Source of the DNA: Thermacetogenium sp. UBA4966 | GTDB taxonomy: Bacteria; Bacillota; DSM-12270; Thermacetogeniales; Thermacetogeniaceae | Length of the DNA: 64,000 nt | Assembly (NCBI GenBank): GCA_002397275.1 | Contig: DHAA01000113.1 | Location: 4,694-68,693 of the forward strand | Direction: 5' to 3' | In this document: positions 18,697 to 26,737 of the stretch, in pieces | Layout of the letters: each line of letters opens with the position of its first letter | How positions within the stretch are numbered: position 1 is the first letter of the stretch | The notes under the pieces: generated by a model | The model's input: the letters and a program-made list of their open reading frames with translations, nothing else | Told to the model about the DNA's origin: nothing | Databases searched by the model: none | Program-made: the position numbers and the translations under genes

Positions 18697-20157
18697 ATGG
18701 CGAACAAGATATCAAATTATGAGGAACAGATTACGCCGCGTCTGCAATGGCTTTCTGATGCTCAGGTGGAACAAATCCACTATTCTTCACTGGAGGTATT
18801 GGAAAACACGGGTATTATAGTGCAGAATGCCGAGGCGCTTGCTTTGCTGAAGGGCGCGGGGTGCAGAGTACAGGAAAACCGGGTCTGGATACCGGCCTGG
18901 CTGGTGGAAGAATGCCTGCGGTCCGCGCCGAAGCGCATAACTGTGGCTAACCGCCTGGGCGAGCGGGTGATGCCTCTGGAGAAGAACCGCGTCTATTACG
19001 GGACAGGATCGGATTTGCCCTTTACCATCGACCTGGAAACAGGGAAAAGAAGATCATGCACAAAGAATGATATAGATGCCGCAGCCAAACTGTTGGACTA
19101 TCTACCTAATTTCGATTTTCTGATGAGTTACGGTATCGCTACCGATATGCCTCCCTGTGTCAGTGATCTGCACCAGTTTGAGGCCATGACCCGCAACAGC
19201 GGCAAACCGGTGATCTTTACCTCCCATAACGCCGCGAACACAGAAGCGATCATCGAGATGGCCGCGGCCTGCGCCGGCGGGCTGGATGAACTAAAAAGAA
19301 ATCCGTATATTATTTTGTTCACTCAGCCGATCCCTCCCCTGGTGCATACCAGCGATGGGATCGGCAAGATGTATAAGTGCATTGAATATGACATTCCGGT
19401 GATCTACATGCCGGGTGTGGTCGGGGGAGCAACCACACCTGTCACCAAGGCCGGTATGGTCACGCTGATCAATGCGGAGTGCCTGGCCGGAGTGGTTCTC
19501 TCCCAGTTGAAGAAAAAGGGCGCCAAGATTTTGATCGGGGCCGGGGCGACGCCTATGGATATGAAGACCACCTCCACCCTTTACGGATCCCCGGAGACAT
19601 CGATGAACTATGCGGTGTTGACGCAGCTGGCTCAGTTCTATGGTTTGGCGAACTTTACGGAGGCAGGCTGTGTCAACGCCACCCTTCCTGATGTGCAGGC
19701 AGGGATCGAGGCGGCGATGAGCGTGCTCTTGACCAAGCTGGAAGGCTGCAGCCTGGTACATGATGTCGGCTATCTTGAAGGGGGAAAAACAGGGTACCTG
19801 CCCTTCCTGGTGATCTGCGACGACATCATCGCCATGGCTCGCTACACCGGCGCCGGAACAAGGGTGACCGCGGAGACTATGGCTGTGGACGTGATCGACG
19901 AGGTTGGCCCGGGCGGGAACTATTTAATACATGCACACACCGCGAATCACTTCCGTGAAGAGATTTGGCAGCCGCGGACTTTCATCCGTTATATGTGGGA
20001 TCAGTGGGAATCCAAAGGTAAAAAGACCTGCCGGGATCTGGCTGCGGAGAAGGTTCATCAGGTTTTAGCGGAGCACCGGCCTGTTCCAGCCTCAGAGCAG
20101 GCGCTTGCCGCCATGAAAGAGATCATCAGCCGCCGCCGGAGCGAGTGTGAAGGCTGA
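18697..20157 (+). CDS. MttB-superfamily corrinoid-dependent methyltransferase (non-pyrrolysine)
   Basis: 486 aa uninterrupted ORF, colinear with the 16939 paralog (YYGTGSD, P.N/D..GG, GPGGNY..H.HT..HFREE blocks). Confidence 0.88.
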   Translation: MANKISNYEEQITPRLQWLSDAQVEQIHYSSLEVLENTGIIVQNAEALALLKGAGCRVQENRVWIPAWLVEECLRSAPKRITVANRLGERVMPLEKNRVYYGTGSDLPFTIDLETGKRRSCTKNDIDAAAKLLDYLPNFDFLMSYGIATDMPPCVSDLHQFEAMTRNSGKPVIFTSHNAANTEAIIEMAAACAGGLDELKRNPYIILFTQPIPPLVHTSDGIGKMYKCIEYDIPVIYMPGVVGGATTPVTKAGMVTLINAECLAGVVLSQLKKKGAKILIGAGATPMDMKTTSTLYGSPETSMNYAVLTQLAQFYGLANFTEAGCVNATLPDVQAGIEAAMSVLLTKLEGCSLVHDVGYLEGGKTGYLPFLVICDDIIAMARYTGAGTRVTAETMAVDVIDEVGPGGNYLIHAHTANHFREEIWQPRTFIRYMWDQWESKGKKTCRDLAAEKVHQVLAEHRPVPASEQALAAMKEIISRRRSECEG

Positions 20158-20200
20158 TTGAGGATGGCGCTTGATAAATCATATCGTGGGGGGTTGTGGC

Positions 20201-21292
20201 GTGAAAAAATATGAAATACCGAGTCCGGCTGTTATTGTTGATCTCGCCGGCGCGGAAAGAAATATCGAGCGGGTAGCCGCTCTTACTCGTAAATATGGGG
20301 TGCTGCACCGTCCGCATATCAAGGCGCATAAAAGCGAGTATTTCGCGCGCAAGCAGCTGCTGGCGGGAGCTATAGGGGTAACCGTATCCAAAATATCTGA
20401 AGCCGAAACCATGGTTGAGCACGGGATTAATGATATTTTGATCGCCTATTCCATCGTTGGGGAAGAAAAGCTGCGCAGGCTGAAAAAACTCCATGAAACC
20501 GCCCGGGTGATGGTCACTGCGGACAGCATTGAGGCGGCCAAGGGATTGGCCGGCACAGGCGCCCCGCAACACCCCCTGCCTGTGTTGATCGAGGTCGACT
20601 GTGGAACACACCGCGGCGGAAGGCAGCCTGGGGATGATGCTCTGCTGTTCGCTTTACAGTTAAAGGAGTTTCCTTCGCTGAAGATCGAGGGGATCTTTAC
20701 CTACAACGGCAACCTCTATCATACCGAGAACACAGAACAGCTGAATAGACTTGTTGCCCGGGAATCGCAATTGCTGACGGAAACAGCAGAAAATTTAAGG
20801 CGGCATGACATTCCCGTGCAGATCATAAGCGGGGGTTCGACCCCGGCTCTTGCGGCTTTGGATAAGCTGCAAGGGGTTACTGAGATCCGAGCGGGGAACT
20901 ACTTGTTCAGCGATGTTTCCGGGATTCAGTTCGGAACCGCCGGCATTGAGGATTGCGCTCTGCGAGTTCTGGCTACGGTGATCAGCGTTCCTCTTCCCGG
21001 CTATGCCACCATTGATGCCGGCTCCAAGACTCTGACAAATGATCTCTCTGTGCGCGGCGAGGGGTATGGACTCATTGTGGGGCGTCCAGGGGTGCGGTTG
21101 GTCAATCTCAATGAAGAACACGGCTACCTCCGCTATGCTCCGGAGCGGGCGCCGTTACAGATAGGCGAGCGGATCGAGATTATTCCCAATCACGCCTGCG
21201 TCCTGCCTAATCTCTGCGATAAAATCTATGGGATCCGCGGAGAAGATGTTGCCGAAGAGATCTCGGTCGATGCCCGTGGAAGAAACTATTGA
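20201..21292 (+). CDS. D-threonine aldolase / D-serine dehydratase (DSD1-like) family PLP enzyme
   Basis: HRPHIKAHK PLP-lysine motif and alanine-racemase-N-terminal-like fold pattern. GTG 20201 is preferred; the ORF is open from 20171. Confidence 0.7.
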   Translation: MKKYEIPSPAVIVDLAGAERNIERVAALTRKYGVLHRPHIKAHKSEYFARKQLLAGAIGVTVSKISEAETMVEHGINDILIAYSIVGEEKLRRLKKLHETARVMVTADSIEAAKGLAGTGAPQHPLPVLIEVDCGTHRGGRQPGDDALLFALQLKEFPSLKIEGIFTYNGNLYHTENTEQLNRLVARESQLLTETAENLRRHDIPVQIISGGSTPALAALDKLQGVTEIRAGNYLFSDVSGIQFGTAGIEDCALRVLATVISVPLPGYATIDAGSKTLTNDLSVRGEGYGLIVGRPGVRLVNLNEEHGYLRYAPERAPLQIGERIEIIPNHACVLPNLCDKIYGIRGEDVAEEISVDARGRNY

Positions 21293-21313
21293 CGCTGAGA
21301 GGGGGTGTAAAAA

Positions 21314-22282
21314 GTGGCTGTCCTTGAGCAATTCATGGCTGTCTTTCGGGCGCCGGAGTTTGTGAAGCCCTATTGGCATCATTTTGTAACAGAACAGGAG
21401 ATGGAACTCGTCGCCAGGATGGATTCCCGGCGCCTGAGCAGGGATGAAATCGCTTCCCTGTTTGTGGAGCCTGTTCCGGATGTGGACAGGCTGCTGGAAG
21501 AGGCCTACCGGCGGTTTGTGGTCAATAAAGAGGAAAAAGAAGGGGTTGTTTATTACACTGCCGGCGAGTTTTATGACAGATTGGACAACCAGTGCAAGTT
21601 CGGCAACTACTATGTTTTGCCTCCGAAGATCCGGCGGCGGTTGGACAGGTGGTGCTATGAGGAGTATCTCCAGAGGCATAATTATTTTCAATTAGTTGTG
21701 GACAACGACCCTGATTATGATAACTGTCACAACGAGCTGATTCTCCTGGCATCTGAAGTCGAAGAGATGATCGGCGCCGCTGAAAGCATAATGGCGCTGC
21801 CCTGCAACTGCAAGATGCTGGCAGATAATTGCGACAGGCCGCGCGAGGTCTGCATGTTTTTTGACAACCACATCACCGACCGCACCGGCGGAAGATATCT
21901 GAGCAAGGAAGAGGCCAGGGAGCTGCTGCGCATGGCGGACAGAAGTGGCTTGATTCACACCGGCGGCCCCTATAACTGGAGAGAAAAGGGGCTCGCTGCT
22001 GTTTGTAACTGCTGTGCCGACTGCTGTTACCCCTTGAGGGCGGCTCAGCAGCTGGGCACAAAGGGGAAGTGGCCTAAATCTCGTTATATCGCTCGCTACG
22101 ACGCCGATAAATGCCGCTTGTGCGGGCGATGCCTTAAACGCTGCCAGTTCGGCGCTTTTTATGACGACGGTAGTACAATGGCGTTCAACCCTGATCTCTG
22201 CTGGGGATGCGGCCTCTGTGCCAACACCTGCCCCGAGGGCGCCATCACTATGGAAAAAGTGGAAACTTTAGAGCAAAAATAA
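21314..22282 (+). CDS. Cysteine-rich 4Fe-4S dicluster domain protein of unknown role
   Basis: C-terminal ferredoxin motifs CRLCGRCLKRC and CWGCGLCANTCP, plus extra Cys clusters CNCKMLADNC and CNCCADCC. There is no ASKHA/ATPase domain, so it is not a canonical RamA. Confidence 0.65.
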   Translation: MAVLEQFMAVFRAPEFVKPYWHHFVTEQEMELVARMDSRRLSRDEIASLFVEPVPDVDRLLEEAYRRFVVNKEEKEGVVYYTAGEFYDRLDNQCKFGNYYVLPPKIRRRLDRWCYEEYLQRHNYFQLVVDNDPDYDNCHNELILLASEVEEMIGAAESIMALPCNCKMLADNCDRPREVCMFFDNHITDRTGGRYLSKEEARELLRMADRSGLIHTGGPYNWREKGLAAVCNCCADCCYPLRAAQQLGTKGKWPKSRYIARYDADKCRLCGRCLKRCQFGAFYDDGSTMAFNPDLCWGCGLCANTCPEGAITMEKVETLEQK

Positions 22283-22303
22283 TATTCTTTAGGCGTCCGG
22301 CAG

Positions 22304-22322
22304 ACGCAAAGATTATTTGCGT
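22304..22322. promoter_or_regulatory. Candidate enhancer (UAS) inverted repeat ACGCAAA-N5-TTTGCGT
   Basis: Perfect 7-bp inverted repeat with a 5-nt spacer, 40 nt upstream of the sigma-54 promoter at 22362. Confidence 0.55.
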
Positions 22323-22361
22323 TAAAGGGGAAAGAAGGCGCGCAAACGGTAATAATAAGTT

Positions 22362-22377
22362 TGGCACGCTTTTTGCA
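22362..22377 (+). promoter_or_regulatory. Sigma-54 (-24/-12) promoter
   Basis: TGGCACGCTTTTTGCA is a near-perfect match to TGGCAC-N5-TTGCA. Confidence 0.8.
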
Positions 22378-22807
22378 ATAAAATTAAGATGAGTGAGACG
22401 GGCAATGTTAATAGAGGGGAAATAAAGCTTAAGGGGGATTTGCCGGAGATGCGCCACAGAAGCAGCAAGGAAGATGGAAACAGAGGCGGTACTTAAACAC
22501 AGATGCTAATTCAGTAAAATCACAGCAGCGGTCGCCGTATTCAGATGAAGCAGCGGTCATGACAGGATACAGCATAATCAGACAGTAAATTGCATAGTAC
22601 ATGGGACGCTTATTGATAATCATCGTCGCACCCGGATTGCAGCAAAAGTCACCGCAAGGGCGTCCCATACCACCCCCTTAAAAATTTGATGTCGCCGCCA
22701 CATGGCGCGGTGTAGACTGTAAAAGTTCTTTGACAGCCATAATAACATTAAAAGCGAATGTTTCGCTTGGTGCAAACGACACAACACAAAAAATGGGAGG
22801 GATTTAC

Positions 22808-23440
22808 ATGGCAGATTTTAAGGAATTGGCGGGTCTTGTGATCAGCGGCGATGTGGAGAAGGTTATCAGCACGACGCGGCAGATGCTTGACGCCGGGGAA
22901 GACCCCATGAAGATCATCAACGAGGGATTGATTAACGGTATCAATGTCATCGGCGAACGCTTCAAAGAAGGGGAGATCTATGTCCCGGAAATGATGATGG
23001 CTGCTCAGGCGATGAAGTCCGGGATGGAACTGGCCAAAGAAAAGGTTGAGGGGAGCGACATTCCCACAGCCGGCAAGGTGATTATGGGAACAGTGGCGGG
23101 AGACCTCCATGATATCGGCAAGAATCTAGTGGCTATGATGCTGGAGAGCAGCGGCTTTAACGTGGTGGATCTTGGTGTTGATGTGGAGGCAGACAAATTT
23201 ATCGCCGCTGTCAGGGAACACAATGCCCAGGTTATCGGCATGTCCGCTCTGCTGACCACCACCATGCCCGCGATGAAAGAGGTTATTGAAGCGCTGAAAG
23301 AGGATGGCCTGCGCAGCAATGTTAAGGTTATGATCGGCGGAGCGCCCGTTACCCAGGATTACGCCGATGAGATCGGCGCCGATGGTTTTGCCGCGGATGC
23401 AGGAATCGCCATCGATCTGTGTAAACAGCTGGTTGGATAG
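22808..23440 (+). CDS. Corrinoid (cobalamin-binding) methyltransferase partner protein, MtgC/MtbC-like
   Basis: About 210 aa with a helical cap plus a B12-binding Rossmann domain carrying DxHxxG (GDLHDIGKN) and SALLTTT. ATG 22808 has a GGGAGGG RBS; the ORF-track start 22730 is probably too long. Confidence 0.85.
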   Translation: MADFKELAGLVISGDVEKVISTTRQMLDAGEDPMKIINEGLINGINVIGERFKEGEIYVPEMMMAAQAMKSGMELAKEKVEGSDIPTAGKVIMGTVAGDLHDIGKNLVAMMLESSGFNVVDLGVDVEADKFIAAVREHNAQVIGMSALLTTTMPAMKEVIEALKEDGLRSNVKVMIGGAPVTQDYADEIGADGFAADAGIAIDLCKQLVG

Positions 23441-23493
23441 ATCGACGGGACTATGCCATATATGTTGGAAAAGGGTTAAAGGAGGCCGGGCCT

Positions 23494-23907
23494 GTGCCTG
23501 GGAACAACAGGATAATCCTCGGTGTAATCGGGTCTGATGTTCATGCCGTCGGCAACAAAATTTTGGAGATGAGCTTTCAAGAAGCCGGTTTTAAGGTGAT
23601 CAACCTCGGGGTGATGGTTTCACAGGAGGAGTTTATCCATGCCGCTATAGAGAGCAGCGCGGGGGCTATTCTGGTCTCTTCTCTTTACGGACATGGCGAA
23701 ATGGACTGCCGCGGGTTGAGGGAAAAATGCCGTGAAGCCGGCTTGGGAGATATACTGCTCTATGTGGGCGGCAACCTGGTTGTGGGGAAACGCACCTTTT
23801 CAGAGGTTGATCAACAATTCAAAAAAATGGGTTTTGATCGTGTTTATCCCCCCGGTACGCTGCCGGAGGAGGCTATTGCTGAATTAAAGAGGGATCTCGA
23901 CTTATGA
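23494..23907 (+). CDS. glmS: Glutamate mutase (methylaspartate mutase) small sigma subunit
   Basis: 137 aa with very close colinearity to clostridial MutS/GlmS ([42 protein letters not shown]). Confidence 0.92.
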   Translation: MPGNNRIILGVIGSDVHAVGNKILEMSFQEAGFKVINLGVMVSQEEFIHAAIESSAGAILVSSLYGHGEMDCRGLREKCREAGLGDILLYVGGNLVVGKRTFSEVDQQFKKMGFDRVYPPGTLPEEAIAELKRDLDL

Positions 23908-25274
23908 AGGCACTGCTGATCGACTTTGGAAGCACCTTTACCAAGGCAACCCTGGCGGATTTAGAACCTCCGGGTCTGATCGGTACTTTCAGAGCGCCGA
24001 CCACAGCAGATACCGATCTGATGGATGGCTTTCACAGAGCGATAGAGGGATTCTCCCCGGAGCAGCTGGATGGTATAGCAGTAAAAAGGGCCAGCAGTTC
24101 CGCAGCCGGGGGATTGAAGATTGCGGCCGTTGGACTTGTACCGCAGCTTACGGTAAAAGCGGCCAGGGAGGCGGCTTTGGGCGCCGGGGCGCGGGTCGTG
24201 GCAGCCTGTGCTTATACGTTGACTGAGGATGAGATAAGAAAAATAAAAGATTTAAAGCCGGATCTGCTGCTGCTGGCCGGCGGCACTGACGGCGGAGATA
24301 AAAGAACCATACTGGAAAACGCGGCCAGAATAGCGGAATCAGAGTTATCCGCCCCCGTTGTTGTCGCCGGGAACAAGGCAGCCGCCCCGCAAGCGGAAGC
24401 GATTCTCAAGGATAAGGTATCACGAGTGGTGGTTACCGGAAACGTGATGCCGGATATCAATGTGCTTGCAGTGGAACCGGCGCGCCGGGCGATCAGGGAG
24501 CTTTATCTGCAGGAGATTACTAAAGCAAAGGGATGGGAACATGTTCAAAAGCAGGTCGGTCTGGCTATGCCCACCCCCCTCGCTGTGATGAAGGCGGGAG
24601 AACTTTGCGGCAAGGTCCGCGGAGAGGAAATTATGATCGTTGATGTGGGCGGCGCCACGACCGATATCCATTCCTTTGCAGACGGCGCCCCGAAAAGAAG
24701 CGGCTGTATTCTCAAAGGGCTGCCTGAGCCGTTCATCAAGCGGACAGTGGAAGGGGATCTGGGGATGCGCGTCAGCCTGCGCTCTCTGCTGGAAGTGATC
24801 AGCGCCAAGGGCTTGCCCGCGGAGATCCCCTTTGCGGCAAGCGACGGCGAGATGGCTGCTTTTATTGACCGGGTGAGCAGCGACAGGGGTTCCCTGGCGA
24901 GAAATGAAAGAGAAAAGCATTTTGACCGCGCCTTTGCCGTCGCCTGTATCAGAGAAGCGCTGCGGCGGCATGCGGGAACCGTAACTGAAGCCTATACTCC
25001 GGAAGGCAAATTATGGGTGCAGAGCGGCAAAGATCTGACGGAAGTGGAGATGCTGATCGCCACGGGAGGCGCCCTCGTTTTTGCCGATGATCCTGGAAGT
25101 TTGTTAAAAGCCGGGCTGAGGCCGGACGACCCCTTATCTCTTACCCCCCGCCGGCCTCGGCTCGCGCTTGATCATCAATATACCCTCTACGCCGTAGGAC
25201 TGTTGGCTGATCTTTATCCGGAAGCGGCGGAGATGCTTTTAAAGGAAACCTTGTTATCGTTAGGGGAGGTATAG
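23904..25274 (+). CDS. glmL: Glutamate mutase accessory/reactivase protein
   Basis: Sits between glmS and glmE as in clostridial operons, with an N-terminal [15 protein letters not shown]-like phosphate loop. The start overlaps the glmS stop. Confidence 0.8.
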   Translation: MKALLIDFGSTFTKATLADLEPPGLIGTFRAPTTADTDLMDGFHRAIEGFSPEQLDGIAVKRASSSAAGGLKIAAVGLVPQLTVKAAREAALGAGARVVAACAYTLTEDEIRKIKDLKPDLLLLAGGTDGGDKRTILENAARIAESELSAPVVVAGNKAAAPQAEAILKDKVSRVVVTGNVMPDINVLAVEPARRAIRELYLQEITKAKGWEHVQKQVGLAMPTPLAVMKAGELCGKVRGEEIMIVDVGGATTDIHSFADGAPKRSGCILKGLPEPFIKRTVEGDLGMRVSLRSLLEVISAKGLPAEIPFAASDGEMAAFIDRVSSDRGSLARNEREKHFDRAFAVACIREALRRHAGTVTEAYTPEGKLWVQSGKDLTEVEMLIATGGALVFADDPGSLLKAGLRPDDPLSLTPRRPRLALDHQYTLYAVGLLADLYPEAAEMLLKETLLSLGEV

Positions 25275-26729
25275 GTGTTGAAGCTGAAGAATCAGAGGTG
25301 GGAGAAGGCTTACTTTGAGCAGGAGCGAGGCTCTGTCTTAAATTCCTGGCCCACCGGACAGGAAGTTGACCTTGAAGACGCCTTCCGGTTTCACCAATCC
25401 CTGCCGGAGAGCAAGAGGGCATACTGCAAGCTGCGCGCAGGAGAGGAAAGCAAAATCATTTATCTCCAGCCCCGCGCCGGCGTTGCCTTGCTTACGCAAC
25501 ATATAGAACTATTATCCGCGCTGGAATCAAAGGGCGAGGCGGATTTCTTGCCGACAACCATTGATTCTTATACCCGTCAGAACCGCTATTCCGAAGCAGC
25601 CAGAGGAATTGACGAATCAAAAGCCGCCGGTAGATCATTGTTGAACGGCCTTCCCGCTGTAAATTATGGCGTGGCTAATTGCCGCAAGATCATCAATGCT
25701 CTCCACCTGCCTGTTCAGATCAGGCACGGCACGCCGGATGCGCGGCTGCTGGCGGAGATCACGCTGGCCGCGGGCTTTACCGATTTTGAAGGAGGGGGAA
25801 TTTCCTATAATATCCCCTATGCCAAGGATGTGCCGCTGGAGCGCTCCCTCGCTCACTGGCAGTATGTGGACCGTCTCTGCGGGGTTTATGCAGATGAGGG
25901 GATTATCATCAACAGGGAGATGTTCGGACCCCTGACCGGCACGCTGGTTCCGCCATGCATTTCGCACGCGGTCGGCATAATCGAAGCCCTGCTCGCCGCG
26001 GCTCAGGGGGTGAAGAGCATCGCCGTCGGCTATGGCCAGGGGGGAAACATCTACCAGGACACGGCGGCTCTGCGCACGCTTGCGCGGCTGGGAAGAAAAT
26101 ACCTTGATCAATATGATTTCCCTGACGTCTTGCTGACCACCGTATTTCACCAGTGGATGGGGGGCTTCCCCCAGGAGGAATCGCGAGCTCTGGGAGTGAT
26201 CGCCTGGGGCGCCGCCACCGCGGCTTTAGCCGGTGTAAATAAGGTGATTGTCAAGACTCCCCATGAAGCCCTGGGGATACCCACAGCCGAGGCTAATATC
26301 GCGGGGCTTCTCTGTACGCGGCAGGTGATGCGTATGCTGGGCGAGCAGTCATTGGCGACGACCTCCCGCCTCAAGGAGGAACAGGATATCATTGAGCAGG
26401 AAGTCGATGAGATATTATGCAAAATCTTCGAACTGGGAGAAGGAGACCTTGCCGCGGGAGCTGTGCGCTCCTTTGAAGCAGGTGTGCTGGATATTCCCTT
26501 TGCTCCTTCCCGTTATGCCAGGGGGAGCATTATGCCCGTGCGGGATAATAACGGCGCCATCAGGTTTCTGAACACCGGAAACATCCCTTTTTCGCAAGAA
26601 ATTAAGGATTTTCACCGCAAAAAAATTGAGGAACGGGCGCAGATGGAAAAAAGAGAACCGGGCTTTAGGATGGTCATCGACGACATCTATGCCATCAGCA
26701 AGGGCAGGCTGGTGGGGAAACCGAGGTGA
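25275..26729 (+). CDS. glmE: Glutamate mutase (methylaspartate mutase) large epsilon subunit
   Basis: 484 aa TIM-barrel-type subunit in the canonical glmS-L-E-mal order. Confidence 0.88.
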   Translation: MLKLKNQRWEKAYFEQERGSVLNSWPTGQEVDLEDAFRFHQSLPESKRAYCKLRAGEESKIIYLQPRAGVALLTQHIELLSALESKGEADFLPTTIDSYTRQNRYSEAARGIDESKAAGRSLLNGLPAVNYGVANCRKIINALHLPVQIRHGTPDARLLAEITLAAGFTDFEGGGISYNIPYAKDVPLERSLAHWQYVDRLCGVYADEGIIINREMFGPLTGTLVPPCISHAVGIIEALLAAAQGVKSIAVGYGQGGNIYQDTAALRTLARLGRKYLDQYDFPDVLLTTVFHQWMGGFPQEESRALGVIAWGAATAALAGVNKVIVKTPHEALGIPTAEANIAGLLCTRQVMRMLGEQSLATTSRLKEEQDIIEQEVDEILCKIFELGEGDLAAGAVRSFEAGVLDIPFAPSRYARGSIMPVRDNNGAIRFLNTGNIPFSQEIKDFHRKKIEERAQMEKREPGFRMVIDDIYAISKGRLVGKPR

Positions 26730-26737
26730 ATGGGAAG

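Noticed and set aside
1-20157. Pyrrolysine (in-frame TAG) in the MttB paralogs
   Set aside because: All three ORFs are uninterrupted through the region where TMA-specific MttB carries the amber codon, and no pyl genes are present. They are therefore treated as non-Pyl family members.
22400-22480. Cobalamin riboswitch in the corrinoid/glutamate mutase leader
   Set aside because: Only fragmentary resemblance was seen (AGGGGAA..., GCCACAG instead of the GCCACTG B12 box), and the conserved GGTG..AA..CC segment was not found. A covariance-model scan is needed before any claim.
22429-22668. 79-aa cysteine-rich ORF (CCNPG, CCDF, PCCFCG) on the minus strand in the leader upstream of the corrinoid gene
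   Set aside because: It has no RBS and is antisense to the transcript predicted from the strong sigma-54 promoter. The Cys codons arise from GCA/GCAGC-rich sequence on the opposite strand. It is kept only as a caveat in the leader finding.
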